Below, piece after piece: positions 12,071 through 21,749 of a stretch of 64,000 nt of DNA (its first letter is position 1; each line of letters opens with the position of its first letter). Below the pieces are notes generated by a model that was not told where the DNA came from, did no database searches, and saw only the letters and a program-made list of their open reading frames with translations. Position numbers and translations under genes: made by a program. This stretch comes from Hamiltosporidium tvaerminnensis FI-OER-3-3 (Eukaryota > Fungi > Microsporidia): the NCBI GenBank assembly GCA_022605425.2, contig CM061253.1, positions 372,001 to 436,000 of the forward strand, given 5' to 3'.

Positions 12071-12444
12071 CATTGATTTATACTTCTTTGTTAAATTCAT
12101 ACTTTATTTTTCTAAAACCATTATTTATATGTATTACTTCCAATATCTAAATCATTGTACTTTAATATTTAGCTTTCTGTTTACCTAATCTAACTTCTTT
12201 TTCCTTGGGTATATATCAGGGATTAAAAAATATTTTTTTTTTATGAATTTAATAACCAATCAAAAAAAAAATAATTAGTAGTTAATATAATATGAATAAA
12301 GAATTTTAAAGAAGTTGTTTTTCAATGAAATCTAAGAAAATAAATATTTATAATTAACCTTTTGACCATAAAAATAAGAATAATAAACACTACGAAGCTA
12401 TAAAAATATAACATTATATACAATTAATCTCCTCAATCAATAAA

Positions 12445-12720
12445 AATATTATTTCAACTAGATACAAGTAGAATATTTTTAAACTAGATACAAGTAAAAA
12501 TATTATTTCATAGAAATTCAAGTAAGAATATCTATTAAAGTAATTCAAGTAAGAATATCTTTTAAAGTAATACAAGTAAGAATATTTATAAAAAATAAAA
12601 ATATCTATAAAAGCAATACAAGTAGAATATTATTTCATAGAAATTCAAGTAAAAATATTATTTCATAGAAATACAAGTAAAAATATTTATACACACTATT
12701 ATTCCAAGTAAAAATATTTC
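12445..12720. repeat. Degenerate minisatellite (caagta-aaaatatt units, ~20-28 bp) downstream of the VAP gene
   Basis: About ten recurrences of (t/a)caagta(a/g)(a/g)aatat. Confidence 0.7.
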
Positions 12721-12740
12721 AAATCAAAAAAATATAATTT

Positions 12741-13199
12741 TTATTTAAAACTGATAATTTTCCATATCAAAAACATAAAAGCATAACCAATCACACACCA
12801 AGACATTGCATCCACAATTTCAAATTGTTTTCCATTTTCTTTAATCTCATCTCCTATTTCAATAGATAATTTATGAGACATGAGAGGTTTGACACTTTGA
12901 TCTTTTAAAAATTCTTTAAAATCGTCCTGTGTTTTACGCCAGTCAAAATCATATATTTCCACCATAAATTTATGATCACTGGCTGGTACAGCAGTTTCAT
13001 TAATAAAAAGTTGTATTTCTACAGTCTGAAGTGGTATTATTATACCACTTGTAGGTTTCACTAAATATTCTTTTGGACGTGTCGTTCGTATTCTAAATCC
13101 TTTACCTTCTACACTTGAGTTGTATATTGTTAGTATTGATACTCTTTCTCCTTCTTTTATTGTTATTTTGTCTTGTGGTCGTATTATAACTTCTGACAT
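12741..13199 (-). CDS. MSP-domain VAMP-associated protein (VAP/Scs2-like), C-terminal tail anchor
   Basis: GFRIRTTRPKEYLVKPTSGII and DHKFMVE MSP motifs, hydrophobic C-terminus. The ATG at 13199 follows CCCTTA and is preferred over the GTG at 13211. Confidence 0.85.
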   Translation of the reverse strand: MSEVIIRPQDKITIKEGERVSILTIYNSSVEGKGFRIRTTRPKEYLVKPTSGIIIPLQTVEIQLFINETAVPASDHKFMVEIYDFDWRKTQDDFKEFLKDQSVKPLMSHKLSIEIGDEIKENGKQFEIVDAMSWCVIGYAFMFLIWKIISFK

Positions 13200-13269
13200 T
13201 AAGGGTATCACATAGACATGTTAAGTCTGTAAGTAAGAAACGGTATGTATGTTGTTTCAGTATATAAAG

Positions 13270-13770
13270 GGGTATTTAAAGGGTGTTAGTCTTAAGAGGG
13301 TGTTATTTATTTTACTGATTAGTAAAGGGTGTTGGTGTTAATAGGGTGTTAATAATATGTACTCATAATTAAAGGGTGTTAGTTTTAAGAGGGGTTAACA
13401 ATATGTACTATTAATTAAAGGGTGTTAGTTTTAAGAGGTGTTAATAATATGTACTAATTATAGGGTCTTAAAGAATATTTATTTAAAGGGTTAGTGTTTA
13501 AGGGGTGTTAATACAAGGAGATGGTATTTAAGAGGTGTTAATAATATGTACTTATAATTAAAGGGTGTTAGTGTTATGAGGTGTTAATAATATGTACATA
13601 TAATTAAAAGGTGTTAACATCATTACTTATAATAAAGGGGTTTTATTAATTACTACTGCAATAAAAGGGTGCTAACCTTAACCCTTATATTTAAAGGGGT
13701 GTTAATATCAATACTTATAATAAAGGGGTTTTATTAATTACTACTTATAATAAAAGGGTGTTAAGAGACA
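13270..13770. repeat. Degenerate G-rich minisatellite (aagggtgtta / gaggtgttaataat)
   Basis: More than 15 GGGTGTTA-like units. Confidence 0.8.
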
Positions 13771-13999
13771 AAATAACTAAAATACTTTCTAACTATAAAA
13801 CCTTATAAATACAAAAATCTAAAATAATTTACAAATATTTTATTTTCGTAGTAAAACAGAGTTTAGAAGGAAGGCTACCTCTTATACCAACCCTCTTACA
13901 CTAATACAATACTAACCTTCTTATACTAATACATTACTAAACCTTATACCAACACTTTTACACTGATAGATTACTAACCTATTATACCAATACATTCCT

Positions 14000-14155
14000 A
14001 CCCTAACCCCAACCCTAACCCTAATATATGCATAAACACTATAACCCTAACCCTAATATATGCATAAACACTATAACCTAACCCTAATACATTACTACCG
14101 CTTATCTAACCCTAACCCTAACCCTAATATATGCATAAACAACTATAACCCTAAT
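14000..14155. repeat. Interstitial telomere-like (CCCTAA)n tracts within a short tandem repeat
   Basis: ccctaaccccaaccctaaccctaa at 14001 and ctaaccctaaccctaaccctaa at 14106. Confidence 0.75.
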
Positions 14156-14172
14156 AAACCACCATTAAAATC

Positions 14173-15552
14173 CTATGAATTATAACTCCTAAAACTAGGA
14201 AACTTATACTTCCTACTAAGCTTACTCTCCCCTACAACAATACCCTTTAACACCTCTTTCAACTCACTACTATTACCATCATATATACTCATTAACACTC
14301 CATTAACATACCCACCTACTCTTCTTCTTCTCATTTCTATACTATCTCCTTCTCCAAATACAAAATATTCCATTAAATCTTCTAAATTACTTACTAATCC
14401 ACTGTTACTCTCTACAATAGGTGCTAATTCACTTTGTATAAAATTTAAAGCTTTATCTACTAAATCATCCTTAAAATGTAAATTGTAATCTTTAAAAGAA
14501 GTATTGTTAGTAGTGGATATAGTGTTAGTAGATAGAGTGTTAGTACTAAGAGGGTGTAAGGTATTAGTACTGTTACTAACAGGGTCTTGTTCATAGGTAG
14601 TGTTACTAACAGGGTCTTGTTTATTACTACTATTACTAACAGGGTGTAAGTTATTTCTACTGTCGTTAACAGGGTGTAAGGTATTAGTACTGTTGTTAAC
14701 AGGGTCTTGTTCATTAGTACTCTTGTTAAGAGGGTGTAAGGTATTAGTACTGTTGTTAACAGGGTCTTGTTCAATAGTACTGTTGTTAACAGGGTCTTGT
14801 TCATAGGTACTATTAATAACAAGGTGTAAGTTATTAGTAATGTTGTTAACAGGGTCTTGATTATTACTACTGTTACTAGCACCCTTATAATCATTTGACT
14901 CGTTATTATCACCCCCCTCTATCCTACTACTACTAATACCCTTATAATCATTTGACTCCTTACTAACACCCCCCTCTATCCTACTACTACTAATACCCTT
15001 ATAATTATTTGACTCCTTATTATCACCCCCCTCTATCCTACTACTATCCCTAACACCCTTATAATCATTAGACTCCTTATTATCACCCCCCTCTATCCTA
15101 CTATTACTAATACCCCCTTCTATCCTACTATTATTATCACCCCCCTCTATCCTACTATTACTAACACCCCCCTCTACTCTATTATCCCCTACAACTATAC
15201 CACACAAATGACACTCATTAATATACTCTGCTGCCTTATGCTGCATAAGAGAATAATACATATCAACACTACTATCAAGTATACTACTATCAATATCATT
15301 AATACGTTGTATTGCTTCATCAACACATCCACGTTCTAAACACTTACGTAACATATCTCTATCTTTAAATAATTTATCATTTTTAGGAATTAAATTTGTT
15401 TCTAAAGCAAATGTATGATACATATCGTATAATCCTTCATAATAGAAATAGTCTAGTATTAGTGTGTTATGAGATAAAGGTGATATTAATGACCAAGGGT
15501 GTTGCCATTCTGTGTGTGATAAAGAAGGTGTTTCTCGTTTAGAGTGTCTCAT
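14173..15552 (-). CDS. LisH/CTLH/CRA protein (GID8/Twa1-like CTLH E3 ligase subunit) with a ~230-aa repetitive insertion
   Basis: NTLILDYFYYEG..TFALE (LisH), RDMLRKCLERGCVDEAIQRIND (CTLH), ALNFIQSELAP..LEDLMEYFVF (CRA). CCCC upstream of ATG. Confidence 0.8.
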   Translation of the reverse strand: MRHSKRETPSLSHTEWQHPWSLISPLSHNTLILDYFYYEGLYDMYHTFALETNLIPKNDKLFKDRDMLRKCLERGCVDEAIQRINDIDSSILDSSVDMYYSLMQHKAAEYINECHLCGIVVGDNRVEGGVSNSRIEGGDNNSRIEGGISNSRIEGGDNKESNDYKGVRDSSRIEGGDNKESNNYKGISSSRIEGGVSKESNDYKGISSSRIEGGDNNESNDYKGASNSSNNQDPVNNITNNLHLVINSTYEQDPVNNSTIEQDPVNNSTNTLHPLNKSTNEQDPVNNSTNTLHPVNDSRNNLHPVSNSSNKQDPVSNTTYEQDPVSNSTNTLHPLSTNTLSTNTISTTNNTSFKDYNLHFKDDLVDKALNFIQSELAPIVESNSGLVSNLEDLMEYFVFGEGDSIEMRRRRVGGYVNGVLMSIYDGNSSELKEVLKGIVVGESKLSRKYKFPSFRSYNS

Positions 15553-15629
15553 TAATAAAGGGGTAGTTAAATAAAAGGAGAAGAAGTTAGTTGTAGGGTA
15601 ATAGCAGGGTGTTACTATATAGTAATAGG

Positions 15630-15940
15630 TATAGGGTTATAATTACTAGGATGGTTATAGGGTTATAATAATTACTAGGATGGTTATAGGGTTATAATAA
15701 TTACTAGGATGGTTATAGGGTTATAATTACTAGGATGGTTATAGGGTTATAATTACTAGGATGGTTATAGGGTTATAATTACTAGGATGGTTATAGGGTT
15801 ATAATTACTAGGATGGTTATAGGGTTATAATTACTAGGATAGGTTATAGGGTTATAATTACTAGGATAGGTAAGAGGGTGATAATTACTAGGATGGTTAT
15901 AGGGTTATAATTACTAGGATGGTTATAGGGTTATAATTAC
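15630..15940. repeat. 26-bp tandem repeat (taattactaggatggttatagggtta), ~11 copies
   Basis: Directly visible, near-perfect units. Confidence 0.95.
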
Positions 15941-15951
15941 GGTCTAATAAC

Positions 15952-16215
15952 TAACACCCTCTTATCTACTAGTACTACTTATTATTAACACCCTCTTATC
16001 TACTACCCTCTAACATATCCTTATTATTAACACCCTCTTATCTACTACCCTCTAACATATCCTTATTATTAACACCCTCTAACTTATCCTTATTATTAAC
16101 ACCCTCTTATCTACTACCCTCTAACATATCCTTATTATTAACACCCTCTTATCTACTACCCTCTAACATATCCTTATTATTAACACCCTCTTATCTACTA
16201 CCCTCTAACATATCC
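15952..16215. repeat. 42-bp tandem repeat (ttattattaacaccctcttatctactaccctctaacatatcc), ~5-6 copies
   Basis: Directly visible. Confidence 0.92.
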
Positions 16216-16248
16216 ATTACCCTCTACCACATATATCCCTACAATATA

Positions 16249-16415
16249 CCCTAACCCTTTACCATGAATGTCATTACAACCTGTAATACTCCTTATATTC
16301 TAACAACAATATAAATACTTCTTACCCTAACCCTTTACCATGAATGTCATTACAACCTGTAATACTCCTTATATTCTAACAACAATATAAATACTTCTTA
16401 CCCTCACCCTTTACC
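16249..16415 (+). repeat. Two 76-bp duplications of the dUTPase 5' end, creating 16-aa upstream mini-ORFs
   Basis: ccctttaccATGAATGTCATTACAACC with ATG at 16264, 16340 and 16416. Confidence 0.9.
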
Positions 16416-16793
16416 ATGAATGTCATTACAACCGGTAATATAAAAAAGAATAACACTTCATACTCCTTATATTCCAACAACAACTACACATTAAAACCTA
16501 AGACCCTACAATATATACATACAGGTGTTAATATTTCAATACCAAATAATAATTTTGGTTTACTTACAAGTACTAAGTATAAGATAATGGGTGGTGTTAT
16601 AGATAGTGATTATAGAGGAGAAATAGTTGTTATGATTTATAATATATATGATGAGTGTATATGTGTTAGTAAGGGTGATGAGATATGTAGAATGTATGTT
16701 GTTAGTATTTGTACACCTGAGCTTGTTATGGTGGATGAGTTAGAAGAGAGTGAAAGGGGGGATAAAGGGTTTGGATCAACAGGAAGGAAATAA
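16416..16793 (+). CDS. DUT1: dUTPase (trimeric family), divergent
   Basis: Motif 3 GVIDSDYRGEI and motif 5 RGDKGFGSTG. CCC before ATG. Confidence 0.85.
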   Translation: MNVITTGNIKKNNTSYSLYSNNNYTLKPKTLQYIHTGVNISIPNNNFGLLTSTKYKIMGGVIDSDYRGEIVVMIYNIYDECICVSKGDEICRMYVVSICTPELVMVDELEESERGDKGFGSTGRK

Positions 16794-17035
16794 AGGGTTA
16801 TATTTTTATAGTAGGGTTATAGGATAATGAAAGGGGGATAAAGGGTTTGGATCAACAGGAAGGAAATAAAGGGTTATATGTTATAGTGGATGAGTTAGAA
16901 GAGGGAATAAAGGGTTTGGATCAACAGGAAGGAAATAAAGGGTTATATGTTATAGTGGATGAGTTAGAAGAGGGAATAAAGGGTTTGGATCAACAGGAAG
17001 GAAATAAAGGGTTATATGTTATAGTAGGGTTGTAG
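16794..17035 (+). repeat. ~69-75-bp tandem duplications of the dUTPase 3' end
   Basis: gggtttggatcaacaggaaggaaataaagggtta recurs at about 16767, 16842, 16912 and 16981. Confidence 0.9.
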
Positions 17036-17084
17036 GATAGTAGGGTTTATTGATTAAATTAATGGGTTTTAACACATTTTATTT

Positions 17085-17589
17085 ACTTATATTATAACAC
17101 CCTTATAATATTACTATTTACTATATTTATATTATAACCCTTTTATTTACTTAGTATTTCTACTTATATTTATAACCCTTTAATACTTACTTATATTATA
17201 ACCCATTTTATTTCTACTTATATTTATAACACCCTTATAATATTACTATTTACTATACTTATATTATAACCCTTTTATTTACTTACTATTACTACTTTAT
17301 TATAACCCTTTAACTTACTACTTATATTATAACCCTTTAATACTACTTATATTATAACCCTTTATTACTACGTATATTATAACCCTTTAATAACCCCTTT
17401 AATACTACTTATACTATAACCCTTTTACAACCCCTTTAATACTACTTGTATTATAACCCTTTAACTTACTTATATTATAACCCTTTAATACTTACTTATA
17501 CTAATACTAACACCCCTTTATTCCCTACCACATCCCTATAACTAACCCCCTTATCTCCTTTATATTTATAACCCCTTTATTCCCTACCC
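17085..17589. repeat. Degenerate C-rich minisatellite (tattataaccc-ttt) upstream of SWI3
   Basis: More than 15 ATAACCC units. Confidence 0.8.
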
Positions 17590-19248
17590 ATGCAAAATAT
17601 TTTCCCTTTCCCCGAAGAAATAGAATACGAAGAAATCTACGGACAAACCCTACCAGATGCACACCCACCCAAGCAACAACACACACACAACCTAAAGAGC
17701 AGTGGTAGTATTAGTAATGGTAGTATTAGTAGTATTAGTAATACCAGTACTACTTGTAATACAAATACCAGTACTAATACCAGTACAAATACCAGTACTA
17801 ATACCAGTACTAATACCAGTACTAATACCAGTACTAATACCAGTACTAATACCATTACTAATACCAGTACTCCCCCCACTAATACCATTATCACCATCCC
17901 TTCATTCTCTAAATGGTTTTCTTTTACTTCTATACACAACATAGAACACCAAGCATTTCCAGAAATAAAAAAAGACATTTCATTTTCAAATATATACATA
18001 CATTACCGTAACACCCTTATAAATACATATCAAAATAATACCAAAGTATATTTAACAATAACATATTCTCGTAAATTAATTTCTTGTAATTTACATATGT
18101 TAATACGTATACATTCTTTTCTTGAGAAGTATTGTCTTATTAATTATAAGGTAGAACATAGATATGTGTTACAAGGAAGAGAGGATATTAAAAGGATAAG
18201 AATTGAACAACTAGGGGGTATAGTGGGTATTAATTGTGATAGTAGTAATAAAAGGGATAATATAAGGGATAATAGTAATATAAGTAATAGTAATATAAGG
18301 GATAATATAAGGGATAATAGTAGTAATATAAGTAATATAAGGGATAATAGTAATATAAGGGATAATAATAGTAATATAAGTATAAAAGATAATAATAGTA
18401 ATATAAGTATAAAAGATAATATAAGGGATATAAGTAACACTAACCAAATAAATAACCCTACTAATAACCCTACTAATAACCAAATAAATAACCAAATAAA
18501 TACGCAAGATATCCCTGACTTTACTACGCTTAGGTGTGGGTGTGGTGGGGGTTTGAGTGAGTGTTGTTATTATTGTGATAAATTAAATATATTTATATGT
18601 GGGGAGTGTTATGATAAGGGTATATATCCTATGGGTTGTGTAAGTGATATGTTTATAAAATATTCAAAATCTATTATTACTTGTGAGAGGTGGAGTTTAA
18701 AAGAAGAATTACTATTATTAGAAGGAATAGAGAAATATGAAGATGATTGGAATAGAGTGAGTGAGTATGTAGGTACTAAGAGTATGGAACAGTGTGTATT
18801 ACACTTTTTAAAGATGCCTATAAGTGATGATATAATATATAAAAATATAGAAATGTGTAAAGATGTAAGTATAAGTACATCTACAAATCCTATAATGAGT
18901 GTTATAGCGTTTATATGTAGTTGTGTACATCCTAGTGTTGCTAGTGAGGCAAGTAAATGGGCAATTCAGAGGTTTTCTGATGATATAGCAAAAATGACAG
19001 GTGTCATTTTTGGAGTGGCTGGGTATAAAGCGATGGAACAGAAGTGTGTGGAAGAGAAGAAGGTTGAGAGGTTGTTACAGGTTCTTGTTGAGAGTCAGAT
19101 TAAGAAAATGGAGCTTAAAATTGAAGATTTTAAGGTGTTGTGTGGTGTTGTTGAGAAGGAGAGAAGTGATTTGAATAGAGCGAGAGATAATTATAGGAAG
19201 GAGATTGAAGCAATAAAGGAGAAGATTGTGAGTATGAGAAGGGGGTGA
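17590..19248 (+). CDS. SWI3: SWI/SNF-RSC core subunit (SWIRM, ZZ-like Cys cluster, SANT, coiled coil)
   Basis: IPSFSKWFSFTSIHNIE..YRNTLI..RIHSFLEKYCLINY (SWIRM), WSLKEELLLLEGIEKYEDDWNRVSEYVGTKS..CVLHF (SANT), NPIMSVIAF, LVESQIKKMELK. Confidence 0.92.
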   Translation: MQNIFPFPEEIEYEEIYGQTLPDAHPPKQQHTHNLKSSGSISNGSISSISNTSTTCNTNTSTNTSTNTSTNTSTNTSTNTSTNTSTNTITNTSTPPTNTIITIPSFSKWFSFTSIHNIEHQAFPEIKKDISFSNIYIHYRNTLINTYQNNTKVYLTITYSRKLISCNLHMLIRIHSFLEKYCLINYKVEHRYVLQGREDIKRIRIEQLGGIVGINCDSSNKRDNIRDNSNISNSNIRDNIRDNSSNISNIRDNSNIRDNNSNISIKDNNSNISIKDNIRDISNTNQINNPTNNPTNNQINNQINTQDIPDFTTLRCGCGGGLSECCYYCDKLNIFICGECYDKGIYPMGCVSDMFIKYSKSIITCERWSLKEELLLLEGIEKYEDDWNRVSEYVGTKSMEQCVLHFLKMPISDDIIYKNIEMCKDVSISTSTNPIMSVIAFICSCVHPSVASEASKWAIQRFSDDIAKMTGVIFGVAGYKAMEQKCVEEKKVERLLQVLVESQIKKMELKIEDFKVLCGVVEKERSDLNRARDNYRKEIEAIKEKIVSMRRG

Positions 19249-19528
19249 TATGAATAGTGGGTGTTAGTATGAGTATAGGAAGGAGATTGAAGCAATAAAG
19301 GAGAAGATTGTGAGTATGAGAAGGGGTGATATGAATAGTGGGTGTTAGTATGAGTATAGGAAGGAGATTGAAGCAATAAAGGAGAAGATTGTGAGTATGA
19401 GAAGGGAGTGATATGAATAGTGGGTGTTAGATGAGTATAGGAAGGAGATTGAAGCAATAAAGGAGAAGATTGTGAGTATGAGAAGGGGGTGATATGAATA
19501 GTGGGTGTTAGATGAGTATAGGAAGGAG
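19195..19528 (+). repeat. ~81-82-bp tandem repeat x4 made of the last SWI3 codons, stop and 3' flank
   Basis: aggaaggagattgaagcaataaaggagaagattgtgagtatgag at 19195, 19277, 19358 and 19439. Confidence 0.93.
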
Positions 19529-19851
19529 GGTATGATATAAGTAAGTGTTAGTATGAGTAAAGAGTTTATAAGTAAGTGGTAAGTGTTAGTATAAATATAA
19601 GTAAGTATATATAAGTAGGAAGTAAAGTAAGTAAGTAAGTATAACTAGATATATAAGAGTATAAGATACTATATATATAAGTAAGTAAGAATAGGTGTGT
19701 TTTAAAAGGTTTTAAAAATTTATTAAATTGTGTTGTTTTACTGTTATTGTAAAAAATACTTTATATTAGGTGAAGAGAGGATAACCACTGTAGATGGGTT
19801 TTACTTTTATAATCAAAAGTATTTTATTATAGTATTATAGTATATTATTAC

Positions 19852-20577
19852 TTTATTTAAAAGTATAACATCTTTTTTTTAAAACAGTGGCAAGTGTTAT
19901 ATTTGTTTTCATGACATTAACGCAGTTCTAGGTTTAACATAAATAACTATTGTTTAACAGTTCATCGGTGCTTCTGTAATACCTATGTTACTTATATTTT
20001 CATCTACCAGGTGTGTAGAACCTAATTACTAGGCGAGGCAGTTGCCCGGGGTTCGTTAATGTCCGTTGCATGGAGTGTGATCGAAGGCCGAAGCCCCCCT
20101 GGGCTCCCCCAAGACTATGCAGCATTCCCACTTACTCTACACTTTCTGAACCCAATAAACTTCTAGCTAAGATATATTTCAGAGATTTACATGGGGTCCA
20201 CCTAGACAGTGCAATGGTATGCCAACAGGTATGACCTGCTAATTAGCTTTCCCGGCTTTTAATGGTTTTTATTTTTATATCTCCCAGGCGCTAAGTCTTT
20301 TGGCCCGAGTGAGCAAGGCTTGGTTTCCATGCTTTTACATGGCAATTATCTACAAGTTTAGCTGCTATCTGCAATCTGGTTACATAAAAAACTACAATAA
20401 ATTTGTAAAAATGGTTTCGCCTTTTCTTAGACCACTTCCCCTAATAACAACTCCCATGGAACAACCGAAGATGTAGTGTGGTTGTATTCCACCAAAAATC
20501 CAAACCGTGACTTTACACCAGTTTCACAGACTCATTACCAAGCAGAAAGTTTTTTATGTGGGTATCCTCTTTCCACT
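19852..20577 (-). repeat. ~720-bp element, copy B, directly downstream of a retrotransposon 3' end
   Basis: The reverse complement aligns to copy A over its whole length, with long identical blocks. Confidence 0.9.
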
Positions 20578-20584
20578 AATATTT

Positions 20585-21150
20585 TTTATTGTAATAAAAT
20601 TCAGGGTTAAAATATTTTTACCATTTTTTTATGTTTTCTTCTAGCTCTTTAACCACTGCTGTCTCTTCTTCCAAATCCGACTCTTCATTTATGTTGTTGG
20701 TCGGTTCCTCTAAAGTGGTCCTCCTTCTGAAATAAGGGGTGTATTATTTTTCGGTTTAAAATTTTTTGCACCACCTTCCTCTCTCTTCGCTTCTTTTAAA
20801 GGAGGTGTTGGTTCCTCATGCATCTCTGCTCTCATAATAACACCCATTGACGCTCTCTCGCAGCTCTCTTCGGCATTTAGTCCTGACTCAAATCCTCCTT
20901 GTCGATCAAAGGAAATTGTTTCGACTTTCTTCTTAAGTACTATAGACTGAATGTATGCCTCTAGATTCATGAGTATTTCAAGTCTTTTAAAAAGATCTTT
21001 ATGGTATTTTGTCACAATACCGCCAGGTCATGACATAAGGGATTACCTCAACACCACACTTATAAATAAGACCCAACTCATTGGCTAGCAGGTCATACTT
21101 CCTAAGTTTTTTAGTTTCAACCATTTGAAGTGAACATTGGAAAGTGATTT
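20585..21150 (-). mobile_element. 5'-truncated 3' fragment of the R4/Dong-like non-LTR retrotransposon
   Basis: Homologous to 40960-41580 (RPDIFILDKKKNKITLIEV, EAYIQSIVLKK, 3' tail taaccctgaattttatt). Confidence 0.92.
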
Positions 21151-21749
21151 CTACTTCAATGAGTGTTATCTTATTCTTCTTCTTATCTAAAATAAATATG
21201 TCCGGTCTGTAATTATAAAATATACAATAAATATTAAAAATATAGGAATAAATTTCATGTTTTTTTCCTTCGAATTTCGTTTTTTAGTTTTAGACTCAGA
21301 ACTGCTAAATGCATTTAAAATTTTATTTTTTATAAATTATTTTAATCAAACGAAATTTTTGGTATTTTCTATATTTTTAGCAAAAATCCGATAAAATAAA
21401 ATTGCTTTTTTTTTATATTTTAATTAGAATCACTTTTGAATTCGAACAAAAATATTATGTTTTATTTTCTAGAAACTATAGCATGCTGCAGGTTTTTAGG
21501 CATTTTGATGGAGAAAAAACTCGCAAAATATTTCATTATTTGTGCTTATTGCGTTTGATTTTGTCAAAAGTCGAACTTCTGTATTTGATACTTTCAAAAA
21601 TATATATATTTGATACAGACAAAAGATTTCTAGATATATTTTTTCACGTCAAATCGTAATAAAAAAAGTGTTTCCGTGCAAGGCTACTATAAATTTGAAT
21701 GTTATAAAGTTCTCAAATGAATTTAATAAATATTAGTATTACCTCTATA

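Noticed and set aside
14000-14155. True chromosome end
   Set aside because: Only 2-4 consecutive CCCTAA units, internal and flanked by genes.
14460-14912. Alternative-frame and antisense ORFs over low-complexity insertions (also 17637-18507, 47614-49830)
   Set aside because: By-products of stop-poor repeats overlapping real genes.
15630-16215. CRISPR-like appearance of regular repeats
   Set aside because: Head-to-tail tandem units with no unique spacers, no cas genes, eukaryotic context.
16847-17035. 62-aa repetitive ORF after dUTPase (also 19191-19457 and 50378-50629)
   Set aside because: Out-of-frame or antisense reading of tandem duplications.
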